Program-made: the position numbers and the translations under genes
Source of the DNA: a virus
Lineage: Duplodnaviria > Caudoviricetes
DNA: 30,829 bases
Strand: one strand, 5' to 3'
Virus record (IMG/VR): IMGVR_UViG_3300004633_000024
Coordinates: 1-30,829 of that record
Shown: positions 9,701 through 16,892 of the stretch, in pieces
How positions within the stretch are numbered: the stretch's first letter is position 1
Layout: every line of letters starts with the position of its first letter
Notes under the pieces: generated by a model
Database searches by the model: none
Told to the model about the DNA's origin: nothing
Seen by the model: the letters and a program-made list of their open reading frames with translations, nothing else

Positions 9701-9894
9701 CTCGCCAATCCAGAGCTCGAGCGCTCGAGCTCGGCAAAGAGCCCGCCCTTGGCGTCGCTACCGGCGCTGCGCAATTCGCCGGCGAGGTTGCGCACCTCGG
9801 CACCATAGGCGCGCACATCGGCTTGCGCGAGCGCCAATTGCGCGCGCAGCGAGGCGGTATCGGCGGTTATATTGATCGAGAGATTATCGGCCAT
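6754..9894 (-). CDS. Tape measure protein with an internal lysozyme-like domain
   Basis: 1046-aa Ala-rich helical protein; N-terminal LSINITADTASL; C-terminal FERGGIVPSA...LHPEEMVLPA; internal EGGGRYDT...AFGAYGF...PANQDAAALWLL. Confidence 0.92.
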   Translation of the reverse strand: MADNLSINITADTASLRAQLALAQADVRAYGAEVRNLAGELRSAGSDAKGGLFAELERSSSGLASAKADVAAFTAQLRTGKAAHEEHANAIRGTGEALAGLRAGGTEAVGQLKEVGNSLALLAGFGGGLGALGGLFAVEGLVEFIHGTAEAAEKTENMAASIGVAAEKLALFKLELKLVGGDAESAAHTIQMLERRMQEALTAPTGKPAAAFEALGISEEQLKAGLTDVIAFINGPLAEAYKRNVAEAINPATGVANLREILGRSMSELVPLLSRDPEKLKAEVKDALGGNVPTDEGIHKLAEYEEQLNKLSIAFEGLKKSMLSGFIEPLSEATKAATELVKQGGPLASFLAGIKAAIKDTFSEGPGGLGGPPEGLAEAWDAFDKWIKAHSGLGSKLVPESWTKPHPFINFGEPATTQPGVGFGERAAREGHDTAAATTEHTNAVTEATQAERDLLAEIRRREGGGRYDTFHASGVQVASLADVTALPGKSHAFGAYGFQPGTYREAAAALGLNPEDISPANQDAAALWLLRKYGANATASWAKSGPYPEAGGEKTYVAPAARDYAKEKKDLEDQLKAINEEVSVREKWLDYEITQAKGNQTAIAAIEKQKTDIAQEAYARKVALNEAADSKIRVNQEGWLAGEIGTLNRAAQQQQRYEEEVARAEISKLETQRRILDQSEAADLQRVEQQRSVGNLTIDAAAAAEEQIVVVHDAAANAILAKETELAQGQIKLAQEVANRREELAAKTAEKQRQIMEKAEIEHEQRAHAIDAEIANSLSSGIVNAAWGKGGGTMQQIGGFIQAQEKKALDAVGTRLLDASGAGKLFEGIGDKFMSFLPGAAKGAGETALGTASTAAATQVGLLGTAAGSAAAALTGHGAVTATDTGMKAVNTTTTGLNTVATTSNTVATEANSTAQSAGGLGSFIKGIPLIGSIAGLFFERGGIVPSAAGGMIAGGGLSILHPEEMVLPANISRGLQSMIGGFGSPALSPDFAAGAAGSSASHTHNWNISGVLNSRDLDRVLMSRGEAIAASMARQRRNFNAAAA

Positions 9895-9946
9895 TAACGA
9901 TCAATTCGGGTTGTATTTTACGCGCGCTCGCGCAAAGGATGCGCGC

Positions 9947-10210
9947 ATGCACACGCTAATAATCAGCCTCCTCGTCATCGTGGCGCTGCTCGCGAGTATC
10001 GCGCGTTCGGCGCGGCGGACCGCGCGGCTGGCGCGGCGCGTACCTTGCGGGGCTTGCGGCGCGCCAGTATTACCGGCCGCGCGCCTTTGCCCGAATTGCG
10101 GGAGCCGCCTGCCGCGGCGCGGCGCGGCGGGCATGCACGATCGCCTATGGCAGCAACCGCCGCGGCGCTTGCGCAGCGCCGCGATCTACGCCAACGACAA
10201 CGGCGGTTAA
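9947..10210 (+). CDS. Small membrane protein with zinc ribbon (moron)
   Basis: ATG at 9947 preceded by AAGGA; hydrophobic N-terminus followed by CGAC...CPNC. Confidence 0.7.
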   Translation: MHTLIISLLVIVALLASIARSARRTARLARRVPCGACGAPVLPAARLCPNCGSRLPRRGAAGMHDRLWQQPPRRLRSAAIYANDNGG

Positions 10211-10280
10211 GCATCAATCCGCTTTGAATTTTCGCGCAGTCGGGGAAGAATAATCCTCGCCTGCGCAATCGCGCGTCGGC

Positions 10281-10314
10281 GGCCGGACGCGGTGTTGGAG
10301 CACCACGCCCAGCC
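10281..10314. promoter_or_regulatory. Stem-loop upstream of the acyltransferase gene
   Basis: ggccggacgcggtg-ttggag-caccacgcccagcc pairs over 14 bp on the minus strand when G-U pairs are allowed. Confidence 0.5.
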
Positions 10315-10338
10315 TAACCCCGAGCATAGGTTCGAGCT

Positions 10339-11409
10339 ATGCCAAGAGCCGGAAATTACTTTGCCGCGCTTGCGCGCCGCGCGCAATTCGCTTTAGCCGA
10401 CATTCGATCCGAATCCGAGCCGCGCGGGCGGCTCGCCGGCCTCGACGCATTGCGCGGTATCGCCGCGCTCGGCGTCGTGCTCTTTCATTACGATATCTGT
10501 TTTTCGTTCCCGCTCGGGCGGTACGGCGTCGATCTGTTCTTCGCAATCAGCGGCTTTGTCATCTTCATGACGCTGGAGCGCGCGGCGAATTTGCGCGCCT
10601 TCGCGGTCTCGCGCTTTGCTAGACTCTACCCGGCTTTTTGGGCCGCGCTCGGTCTCGCGCTCGCCGCGAGAGCGCTCGACGGGCGCCTGACTCTGAGTCT
10701 CGGCGACGTGCTGGCAAACGCCACGATGTTGCCGCTGCTCTTTGGCGCGCCGTTTGCCGACGGGGTCTACTGGACGTTGTTCTGCGAACTCGTCTTTTAC
10801 GGCCTGGCTGGCCTATTTTTTGCGGCCGGCGGCAAGCGGCCGGAATTCGCTTGTCTCGGCTGGATGCTCGTATCGATTGCCGCGCTCGCCTACGCGCCAC
10901 CGATCGTATTTACGGCGATCGACGCGCCCTACTCGCAATGGTTCGTAGCCGGTGTCATGATCTATCGACTACGGCGCGAGCCGCGCAATTTCGCTGCGTT
11001 GGCGGTCCTTGCAACGGCGATCTTTGTCGCCGCGCAAATTCCGTTTTCGCCGGATATACACGCGCACGGGCTCGCGAGCGCCGCTATTACCGCCGGCTGC
11101 GCGATCGCGGTTTGGGGCGGCGCGAGAATGCGCCTGCAAGGGCGGCTCGGCGGGGTGTTGCTATTCTTCGGCGAGATCTCCTACAGCCTTTATCTCGTGC
11201 ACGACCAGCTCGGTATCTCGCTCGTCGATCTCGGAAGAACGATCGGCTTGCCGGACGCGGTTTCGCTCGCGGCAACCTTTGCGATCGCCGTCGCAACCGC
11301 CGCCGCCATCAACAAGTATGTCGAACGGCCGGCACAGCGCTGGATCCAAAGCAAATATTATTCGCGGGCGCTACGCGGCGGCACTTGCGCTATTATGCCC
11401 GCGACATGA
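10339..11409 (+). CDS. Membrane-bound acyltransferase (Acyl_transf_3 / OafA-like), moron
   Basis: LDALRGIAALGVVLFH, GVDLFFAISGFVI, RFARLYP, GVYWTL..E..FY, GEISYSLYLVH and YVERP motifs; many transmembrane segments. Confidence 0.93.
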   Translation: MPRAGNYFAALARRAQFALADIRSESEPRGRLAGLDALRGIAALGVVLFHYDICFSFPLGRYGVDLFFAISGFVIFMTLERAANLRAFAVSRFARLYPAFWAALGLALAARALDGRLTLSLGDVLANATMLPLLFGAPFADGVYWTLFCELVFYGLAGLFFAAGGKRPEFACLGWMLVSIAALAYAPPIVFTAIDAPYSQWFVAGVMIYRLRREPRNFAALAVLATAIFVAAQIPFSPDIHAHGLASAAITAGCAIAVWGGARMRLQGRLGGVLLFFGEISYSLYLVHDQLGISLVDLGRTIGLPDAVSLAATFAIAVATAAAINKYVERPAQRWIQSKYYSRALRGGTCAIMPAT

Positions 11410-11633
11410 GCGAACTGCACGACATCAATCGGCGTGTCGCGGTGCTCGAACAGATCGCGCGCGATACCGCGACGGCACTGCAAGATATCCGCGCCGAATT
11501 GCGCCAATTGCGCAGCGATATGAATACCGAAATCCGCGAATTGCGCCGCGAGCTCCGCTGGCTGCTACGCCTAATGATCGGCGGTTTCGTCGGTACTTGG
11601 GCGCTGCTCGGGCACGGCTCGCACTGGTTCTGA
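11406..11633 (+). CDS. Small coiled-coil protein with C-terminal membrane anchor
   Basis: ATGA overlap with the acyltransferase stop; RVAVLEQ...IRELRRELRWLLRLMIGGFVG. Confidence 0.75.
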   Translation: MSELHDINRRVAVLEQIARDTATALQDIRAELRQLRSDMNTEIRELRRELRWLLRLMIGGFVGTWALLGHGSHWF

Positions 11634-11762
11634 GAACGGCGAGCCGTCGACGAAAAAGAGGTCGCGGCGGTCGCTCGCGAGAAATTCCGCAACACGCTCG
11701 TTCCGCTCGCGCTTGGCCCTTAGCTTCGTCGGGCGCTCAACGACGAGGTAGATATCCCGCAT
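11571..11762 (-). pseudogene. Short ORF containing a glycosyltransferase fragment
   Basis: RNERVAEFLASDRRDLFFVD matches RNELVAKFLASDCTDLLFID of the 17226..18650 protein at 14 of 20 residues. Confidence 0.55.
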
Positions 11763-11967
11763 CAGAGCCGAGATGGTCGCTGCTGAGTAGTCGCGCGGCG
11801 CGATCGAAAAAGCCTACGCATGGGGCCGCTCGCAGACCGGGCTCCCAGCGGCCGAATTCGTCTGCGAAGTTGCGATGAAGCGCAATCGCCGCGCGGCGGC
11901 GCGCGTATTCCTCGCGCGTCTCTAGCCGGTCGCTCGGCTTTTGCGGGATCGGCGGCGGTAGAGCCAT
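11737..11967 (-). CDS. Hypothetical small protein
   Basis: ATG a few bases after the frameshift ORF stop, in operon orientation; no recognisable motif. Confidence 0.35.
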   Translation of the reverse strand: MALPPPIPQKPSDRLETREEYARRRAAIALHRNFADEFGRWEPGLRAAPCVGFFDRAARLLSSDHLGSDAGYLPRR

Positions 11968-11974
11968 GCGGCAA

Positions 11975-12262
11975 TTATACCGGCGAGAGGAGCGACCAGT
12001 CGAGCTTGACGGGCGAGGGGGCGCCGGGCGGCGGCGTCTTGCGGCGGGGGATCTTGAAATAGGCGGCGGCGAGTTGGTCGAGCCGCGGATGGTCGGCCCA
12101 ATAGCGCTGTTGCGCGAGCCAGTCGTGCAGCGTCCAGCGCTCCCAAATTAGCTTGGGCGAGCCGCCCTCCATGCCGGCGGCGGCTAGTTCGGCGACGAGG
12201 TAGTCCCAGTCTCCGTCGAAGGGCTCGCCGCCCCCGGGTTCTCCGGGGGCCGCGCTTCCCCC
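11975..12262 (-). CDS. C-terminal (-1 frame) part of the tail assembly chaperone G-T fusion
   Basis: Open -1 frame entered at GGGGGAA, reading GGSAAPGEPGGGEPFDGDWDYLVAEL...YWADHP; typical gpT-like content. Confidence 0.8.
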   Translation of the reverse strand, partial: GGSAAPGEPGGGEPFDGDWDYLVAELAAAGMEGGSPKLIWERWTLHDWLAQQRYWADHPRLDQLAAAYFKIPRRKTPPPGAPSPVKLDWSLLSPV

Positions 12263-12600
12263 TCGGGCGGTGCCTTCTGGATGAGCCCCGAGGCGAGGCA
12301 AATCTCGCGCACCGCGCGGATGACGCCGAGCCGCTCGTCCTCGTCCGACGGCGCGCCGGTCTCGGGGTCGAAGCGCTTGATCCGGAGCCGCTCCTCAATC
12401 GCCGGCTGCGTCAATTCCGGCCGGGTCTTTGCGAGCAGCGCCGCGATAAAGGCGATCGAGGCCGAGGTCAGCGGGATCGAGTCGCTCGCCGCTTCCCAGG
12501 CCTGCATCGCCGGCCAGCAGCGCTTGAGCGCCGCGAAATTCATGATCAGCGGCAATTCGATATCCTCGCCGCCGATCCGCACCGTGACGGTATCGGTCAC
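12184..12600 (-). CDS. Tail assembly chaperone (gpG-like)
   Basis: Lies between tail tube and tape measure genes; GTG start at 12600 overlaps the upstream stop; slippery site near the 3' end. Confidence 0.8.
   Translation of the reverse strand: MTDTVTVRIGGEDIELPLIMNFAALKRCWPAMQAWEAASDSIPLTSASIAFIAALLAKTRPELTQPAIEERLRIKRFDPETGAPSDEDERLGVIRAVREICLASGLIQKAPPEGEARPPENPGAASPSTETGTTSSPN
12230..12262 (-). promoter_or_regulatory. Programmed -1 ribosomal frameshift signal
   Basis: G GGG GAA heptamer (12262-12256) in the chaperone frame, followed 5 nt later by the hairpin GCCCCCGG-agaac-CCGGGGGC. Confidence 0.85.
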
Positions 12601-12773
12601 TGATCTTCTGGTTTGTTGGTTGCGGATCCCCTCATCAGCAACCCCCACGGCCAATGATCGATTGTCGCGTGGAGCACCTCGGCAAGACGCCGTAGGCGCT
12701 CGGGCGCTTTCTCAGGTTCCAGCGGGACATAGCGCTCATGGCGCCGCCGCGGGAGAATCGTCAGGGTACTCAT
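12597..12773 (-). CDS. 58-aa hypothetical protein (not in ORF track)
   Basis: ATG 3 nt after the tail tube stop, reading MSTLTILPRRRHERYVPLEPE...KPEDQ; its TGA overlaps the chaperone GTG. Confidence 0.55.
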   Translation of the reverse strand: MSTLTILPRRRHERYVPLEPEKAPERLRRLAEVLHATIDHWPWGLLMRGSATNKPEDQ

Positions 12774-12776
12774 TCC

Positions 12777-13589
12777 TTAGAGGTCGGTGTCGAGCTCGCC
12801 GAGGCTGCCGCCGATATCCTGTGCGACCTCGAACTCGAAATCGTTGATCTGGAAATCGTCGAGCTTGGTCGGGAACGACATCTTTGTCGCGACGCAGCGC
12901 GGGAACGTCCAGAGCGCCGAGCGGCCGTCATAGGTCATGTTGATGACCGCCGAGAAAACCGGGTTGGTGCCCATCAGCGGGTTGCCAAAGACGAGCTTTG
13001 TGCCCTGCGTCGCGTCGGTATAGGTGTAGCTGATATAGAGGTCGACGCCGCCGGTCGTCGGGTTCTGGTCGGCCGCGGTGAACGCGGTCGTAAACGTATA
13101 GCTGCCGCCCGCTACCGAATAATCGCCGGTCGCGCCGGCGATCGCCGGATCAAAGCCGATGAGCGGCCGGCCCGACCATTTGACATAGACGCCCTGGTCT
13201 TCGAGAAACGAGGCGGCGTTGGCGACGGTGGCACCGCCGCTGACATTACTTAGGAGTTCGCTGTCGACAAAGCTGATGCGGCTGCCGCTCGTCAATGTCG
13301 CGCCGCCGCCCTGCTGCGTAGCACCGGCGATCGTGCCGCTCGAAAAATAGGTGTCATAGAGCAGGCGGCCGCGGAAGCCGGCATATTTCGCCTTGACCAT
13401 CGCCTTGGTCTTGCCGGCGGCGAGCGCAATCGCGTAGCGGCGCTGACCGAAGAGCGATTTGAACTCGGGCGAGAATTCCGGGCTGCAGTCCTGCAATACC
13501 GCAAAGCGGATCGGGGTAGCGCCGCCGACGGCCTTGGTGACCAGGACGCCCGCGCCAAAGCCTAGTTGGTCGGCAAAGGCCGAAGTCAT
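12777..13589 (-). CDS. Major tail (tube) protein
   Basis: FGAGVL...F..LQD.S..F....K.LFGQ..Y..A.A.GK and FPTKLDDFQINDFEF pattern; position before the chaperone. Confidence 0.8.
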   Translation of the reverse strand: MTSAFADQLGFGAGVLVTKAVGGATPIRFAVLQDCSPEFSPEFKSLFGQRRYAIALAAGKTKAMVKAKYAGFRGRLLYDTYFSSGTIAGATQQGGGATLTSGSRISFVDSELLSNVSGGATVANAASFLEDQGVYVKWSGRPLIGFDPAIAGATGDYSVAGGSYTFTTAFTAADQNPTTGGVDLYISYTYTDATQGTKLVFGNPLMGTNPVFSAVINMTYDGRSALWTFPRCVATKMSFPTKLDDFQINDFEFEVAQDIGGSLGELDTDL

Positions 13590-13613
13590 CTCTCAAAGCT
13601 CCTTCGTTTGAAA

Positions 13614-14306
13614 TTAGAGGAGGCGCGCGACGCCCGGCGGGCTTGTCCCCGGCACAAGCAAACGCACCGGGATCACCGCCTTGGCCTGGCCGTCGAGGTC
13701 GCCCGGGTCGATTGTGATTTTGCCGTCGATCCAGCAATGGCGGACGAGGCCGCCTAAGGTCTGCGCCGCGCCCGCCGGGCGCGGCTGCAGGACCGCCTCG
13801 ACGAGGTCGATCAAAGTATTGACCGCGTCCTCCGGGATGCCGTCGGTGCCGGCGACGGAATAGACCCAGATTTGGCAATCGATATAGATTTTGGCCGGTA
13901 TCCCGGTCGGGCGCTGCTGCGTTAGCGATTGCGCGGTTAGGTATTCGTCGCCGATGTGGCGCAAAAACATCGCCGGCAAGGCGGTTACTTGCGCCCACGG
14001 TTTGAGACGGCGCCCCGTCGTTTGAAAGCCGCTAAAGAGCGCCGCGCCGGGACCGTCGAGGAGCGGCGGCGTGTCGAGCGTCAGTTGCTCATTGTCGGGG
14101 TCGAGGCTCCGGATCTCGCTGCTTGCGGCGATACCCGGCCCAAAGACCGGAATGCCGAGGCGCAAATTTTGGAACGCGCTGACGTTGCGTAGCACCGGAT
14201 CGCCGGCGCTAAAATCGGCGGTAAAATTCGCGTTGCAGCCTTGCACGAGCAGATCGAAGAGCGCCGTGATAATGGCGTCGCGGCTGAGCGGCGGCGAATA
14301 ATCCAT
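13614..14306 (-). CDS. Tail terminator / completion protein with inserted beta-domain
   Basis: SRDAIITALF...TTGRRLKPW...PAMF...QTLGGLVRHCWIDG...DPGDLDGQA; position immediately before the tail tube. Confidence 0.7.
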   Translation of the reverse strand: MDYSPPLSRDAIITALFDLLVQGCNANFTADFSAGDPVLRNVSAFQNLRLGIPVFGPGIAASSEIRSLDPDNEQLTLDTPPLLDGPGAALFSGFQTTGRRLKPWAQVTALPAMFLRHIGDEYLTAQSLTQQRPTGIPAKIYIDCQIWVYSVAGTDGIPEDAVNTLIDLVEAVLQPRPAGAAQTLGGLVRHCWIDGKITIDPGDLDGQAKAVIPVRLLVPGTSPPGVARLL

Positions 14307-14791
14307 CAGGCACCCCAGGCCTCGTCGAGCGCGGCGCGCAATTCGGCGATTATCTCGCCGCGCATCGCGTCCAAGGGGCCGCGCAGATAGCGGCGCTCGG
14401 CGATGTTGGGATGCCGCGAATAGGCGGCGACCATGACCTCGATCGGTTCGACGAGCTTGTCGTAGACGTGCGAGAGCTGCATCGTATGCGCGCGCACGAG
14501 TGCGGTGTGGCTGGCACCGTATTCGAGCGCCGCCGCCTTGCCGTGTTCGCCGCTGTCGGGCGCCGCGACGCGGACCTGCCCGACGACCCGGTCGTCGCGC
14601 TCGAAAACCCGGCTGCCGGTCTCGCCGCGCAATTTGCCGGTGCGCTGCGGCTCGACGCCGACAACGCGGGAGAGGAGCCGCTCGGTGAGGCTCGAAAGCC
14701 GCCGCCCAATCGCCGCGCGCGCCCGCTCCGGGAACTGGTCAAAGCGCAACGCGACGAGCCGGTCGCCGTCGATTTCGATGCCGAATTCCAA
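14306..14791 (-). CDS. Neck / HK97 gp10-like protein
   Basis: RTGKLR...AAALEYG...ERRYLRGPL motifs; position after the connector. Confidence 0.75.
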   Translation of the reverse strand: MEFGIEIDGDRLVALRFDQFPERARAAIGRRLSSLTERLLSRVVGVEPQRTGKLRGETGSRVFERDDRVVGQVRVAAPDSGEHGKAAALEYGASHTALVRAHTMQLSHVYDKLVEPIEVMVAAYSRHPNIAERRYLRGPLDAMRGEIIAELRAALDEAWGA

Positions 14792-14794
14792 ATC

Positions 14795-15451
14795 TCAGGC
14801 CACCGTTGGCGCGCGGTAGATATCGAGCATGCCTTGCACCTCGGCCGGCAATGTACCGCCGCCTTTCGGGCCGCCGACCCACCAGCGCTGCGTGCCGAGC
14901 CCGGGCTGGACGCTTTCGAGCAACAGCGGATCGCGGCCGCGCGAAAACCAGCGATTGACGACGAGTCTGAGTGTCGCGTCGACGACGTCGGCCGGGATAT
15001 CGTCATAGCCGCCGTCGTACTCGACAATGACCGGCAAGGCCTCCCATTTCGTCGCGACCCCGGTGAACGGGTTCAAACGGATTAGCTGGCCTAAGTCGAA
15101 ATCGACCGCGTAATCCTGCCCGGCGGTTAGCGTCTGCGTCGTGCCGGCGGCGATGATCTGCAAGACCGAGGAGACCGAGGCGACCGGCCAGCGCTCGAGC
15201 TGCAAAGGCGCCAAGCCTCCCGGCGTCTGGTACGGGTAGGGATCCTGCGGAATGTAGCGCGTCTCCCGTATCGTCTCGCGCGCAAACGGGCGCTTTATGT
15301 AATCCTGCGCCAGTTGCGAGACTTGCGTGATCGCGCGCGCGAGCCACGCGTCGCTCGTCGTATCGCTCGGGTCGATCTTCAATTCGTCTTTGACGATATC
15401 GAGATCGAGCAGGTCATAGGAGAACGCCGGCTCCAAGACCTCGAGGGGCAT
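14795..15451 (-). CDS. Head-tail connector (adaptor) protein
   Basis: LLDLDIVKDELKI...D..L...I...S......YI.R...L.RWPV.SV.SV...YDGGY..IPADV motif pattern. Confidence 0.85.
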   Translation of the reverse strand: MPLEVLEPAFSYDLLDLDIVKDELKIDPSDTTSDAWLARAITQVSQLAQDYIKRPFARETIRETRYIPQDPYPYQTPGGLAPLQLERWPVASVSSVLQIIAAGTTQTLTAGQDYAVDFDLGQLIRLNPFTGVATKWEALPVIVEYDGGYDDIPADVVDATLRLVVNRWFSRGRDPLLLESVQPGLGTQRWWVGGPKGGGTLPAEVQGMLDIYRAPTVA

Positions 15452-15475
15452 CGCAGCAGCTCGCGGCGCGCGCGG

Positions 15476-15865
15476 CTAGACGTTTTCGAGCACGCGGATG
15501 CGCAACGTCCCGGCGGTCACCGTGTTCGAATTGGTGACAAAAATCTTGGTCACGTCGCTCGTAAACGGCTTGGCGGCGACCGAGTCGGTGTTCCAGACGA
15601 CCTGCTTTTTGGCGGTGAGGTTGACCGTATTACCCGGCGAGCCGGTCGAGTTGGTCTTGATCACCATGTTCTGGTCGGCGTAGAGCACCATCGACTGGAT
15701 CTTTGAGACGGTGATCTGAATATCGAATTCGCTATTGACCGCGGCGGCGATGACGCTGCTGTCGAGATCGTTCTCGGCATCACCGGTATAGCTGTCGGTC
15801 GTGCTGGCGATCGTGCCAGCATCGGTCTTGTAGGTAACGCCGAGCGTGTGCGTGAAACCGGTCAT
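15476..15865 (-). CDS. Thr/Ser-rich beta protein, probable virion accessory protein (paralog A)
   Basis: Clean ORF with a GGAG ribosome-binding site inside the duplicated leader; similar to the 15928..16308 protein. Confidence 0.75.
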   Translation of the reverse strand: MTGFTHTLGVTYKTDAGTIASTTDSYTGDAENDLDSSVIAAAVNSEFDIQITVSKIQSMVLYADQNMVIKTNSTGSPGNTVNLTAKKQVVWNTDSVAAKPFTSDVTKIFVTNSNTVTAGTLRIRVLENV

Positions 15866-15873
15866 TTAAGGCA

Positions 15874-15913
15874 AGGCTCCATCAAAGGGATGCGGCGTCT
15901 CTCGACGCTGCGG
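15874..15913 (-). repeat. 40-bp structured leader, copy 1
   Basis: 38/40 identical to 23241..23280; contains the GCGTC-GAGA-GACGC hairpin and GGAG. Confidence 0.95.
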
Positions 15914-15927
15914 ACGTTGTCGGGAAA

Positions 15928-16308
15928 TTAGGCCGACATCAGGAAGGAGGCGCGGAAGACCGTGTCCTTCGTGTCGCCGTTGGTGACGTTGATCGTCGAG
16001 ATCGTCTGCGTGATCGGGTTCGAGATCCCCGGCATTGTCGTATTGTTCCAGCCTTGCGCCTTAGCCGCGCCCAAGGTGAAGCTCTGCCCGGTGTCGACCG
16101 TCGCCGCAGCTTGGCTAGAATGCAGTACGTAGGAGAGGATCTTCGTGTGGTCGATCGAGCCGGAAAAGACCTCTTTGGTCGCGCCGGCGAGCACCGTCTC
16201 GTCGATATCAACCGTGAAATCGCCGGTGACGATCGTCGCTTGGTCGGCCGGCAGGCTCGGCAGCCCCGACGGCTTTACTTGTAGGGTCCAGGAATGGGTA
16301 GCAGCCAT
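15928..16308 (-). CDS. Thr/Ser-rich beta protein, probable virion accessory protein (paralog B)
   Basis: ATG at 16308 (MAATHSW) with GAGG upstream; the longer start in the ORF track lies inside the terminator. Confidence 0.75.
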   Translation of the reverse strand: MAATHSWTLQVKPSGLPSLPADQATIVTGDFTVDIDETVLAGATKEVFSGSIDHTKILSYVLHSSQAAATVDTGQSFTLGAAKAQGWNNTTMPGISNPITQTISTINVTNGDTKDTVFRASFLMSA

Positions 16309-16333
16309 CTCTTCAATCCTCGCTTCAGGGAAC

Positions 16334-16355
16334 AAAAAAGCCCCCCAGCGGGGGC
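16334..16355 (-). terminator. Rho-independent terminator
   Basis: Minus strand reads GCCCCC-GCTG-GGGGGC-TTTTTT. Confidence 0.8.
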
Positions 16356-16380
16356 GGAAAACGGTTGCCGCCGACGCCGG

Positions 16381-16459
16381 TTAGGCGCCGACGACGATCC
16401 AATTGACGATGTCGCTAGCGGTCACATGCCGACCCCCGCAGCGTCTTGCCGAGGCTCAT
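16381..16459 (-). pseudogene. Possible remnant of an internally deleted small structural gene
   Basis: ATG with RBS reading MSLGKTLRG, and a protein-like C-terminus VTASDIVNWIVVGA-stop in another frame, directly before the terminator. Confidence 0.35.
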
Positions 16460-16472
16460 TGGGTCACCCTAA

Positions 16473-16892
16473 TTACGGATTGGCGGGCAGATCGATCGAC
16501 GCGACATCGATGCGAATGCTGGTGCTGCTGTAGGTTCCCGAGCTCTGATATTTCGTGCGGAACTGCGGCCCGAGAACACCGTCCTTTGCGGTGTTCGAGC
16601 TGAGCGTGCCATCGGTCGGCGTATATTGCGTTGCGACCGGCGTCACCGCCGAAAGGTTGAACACCGCCTTGGCGCTCGAGCTCGTGAAATGAAAATTGGC
16701 GACATCGACCCACGTATTGCCGCCGTCCAATGTCGTTTGCACATAGGCGTCGACCGAGGTGCCGCTTGTGCCGCCGGCGAAATTCGCCTGCACCGTCAGA
16801 TTGCGCGGCGCGCCGTTGAGCTGCAGTGTCGGACCGACAACCGCTGTCGATAGCGGGGTCGAGATCGCGGTCGACGGCAATAGCGCGGTCAT
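16473..16892 (-). CDS. Ser/Thr-rich beta-sandwich protein, capsid decoration-like
   Basis: VQTTLDGGNTWVD motif; ATGA coupling to the upstream gene; located in the head gene region. Confidence 0.75.
   Translation of the reverse strand: MTALLPSTAISTPLSTAVVGPTLQLNGAPRNLTVQANFAGGTSGTSVDAYVQTTLDGGNTWVDVANFHFTSSSAKAVFNLSAVTPVATQYTPTDGTLSSNTAKDGVLGPQFRTKYQSSGTYSSTSIRIDVASIDLPANP

Noticed and set aside
10638-11633. 331-aa plus-strand ORF overlapping the acyltransferase
   Set aside because: Arg-rich alternative frame; only the last 75 codons from ATG 11406 look like a real gene.
12677-16454. 14-bp inverted match cctcggcaagacgc (about 12677) versus gcgtcttgccgagg (16441)
   Set aside because: Short, in GC-rich DNA, with no recombinase nearby; plausibly chance.
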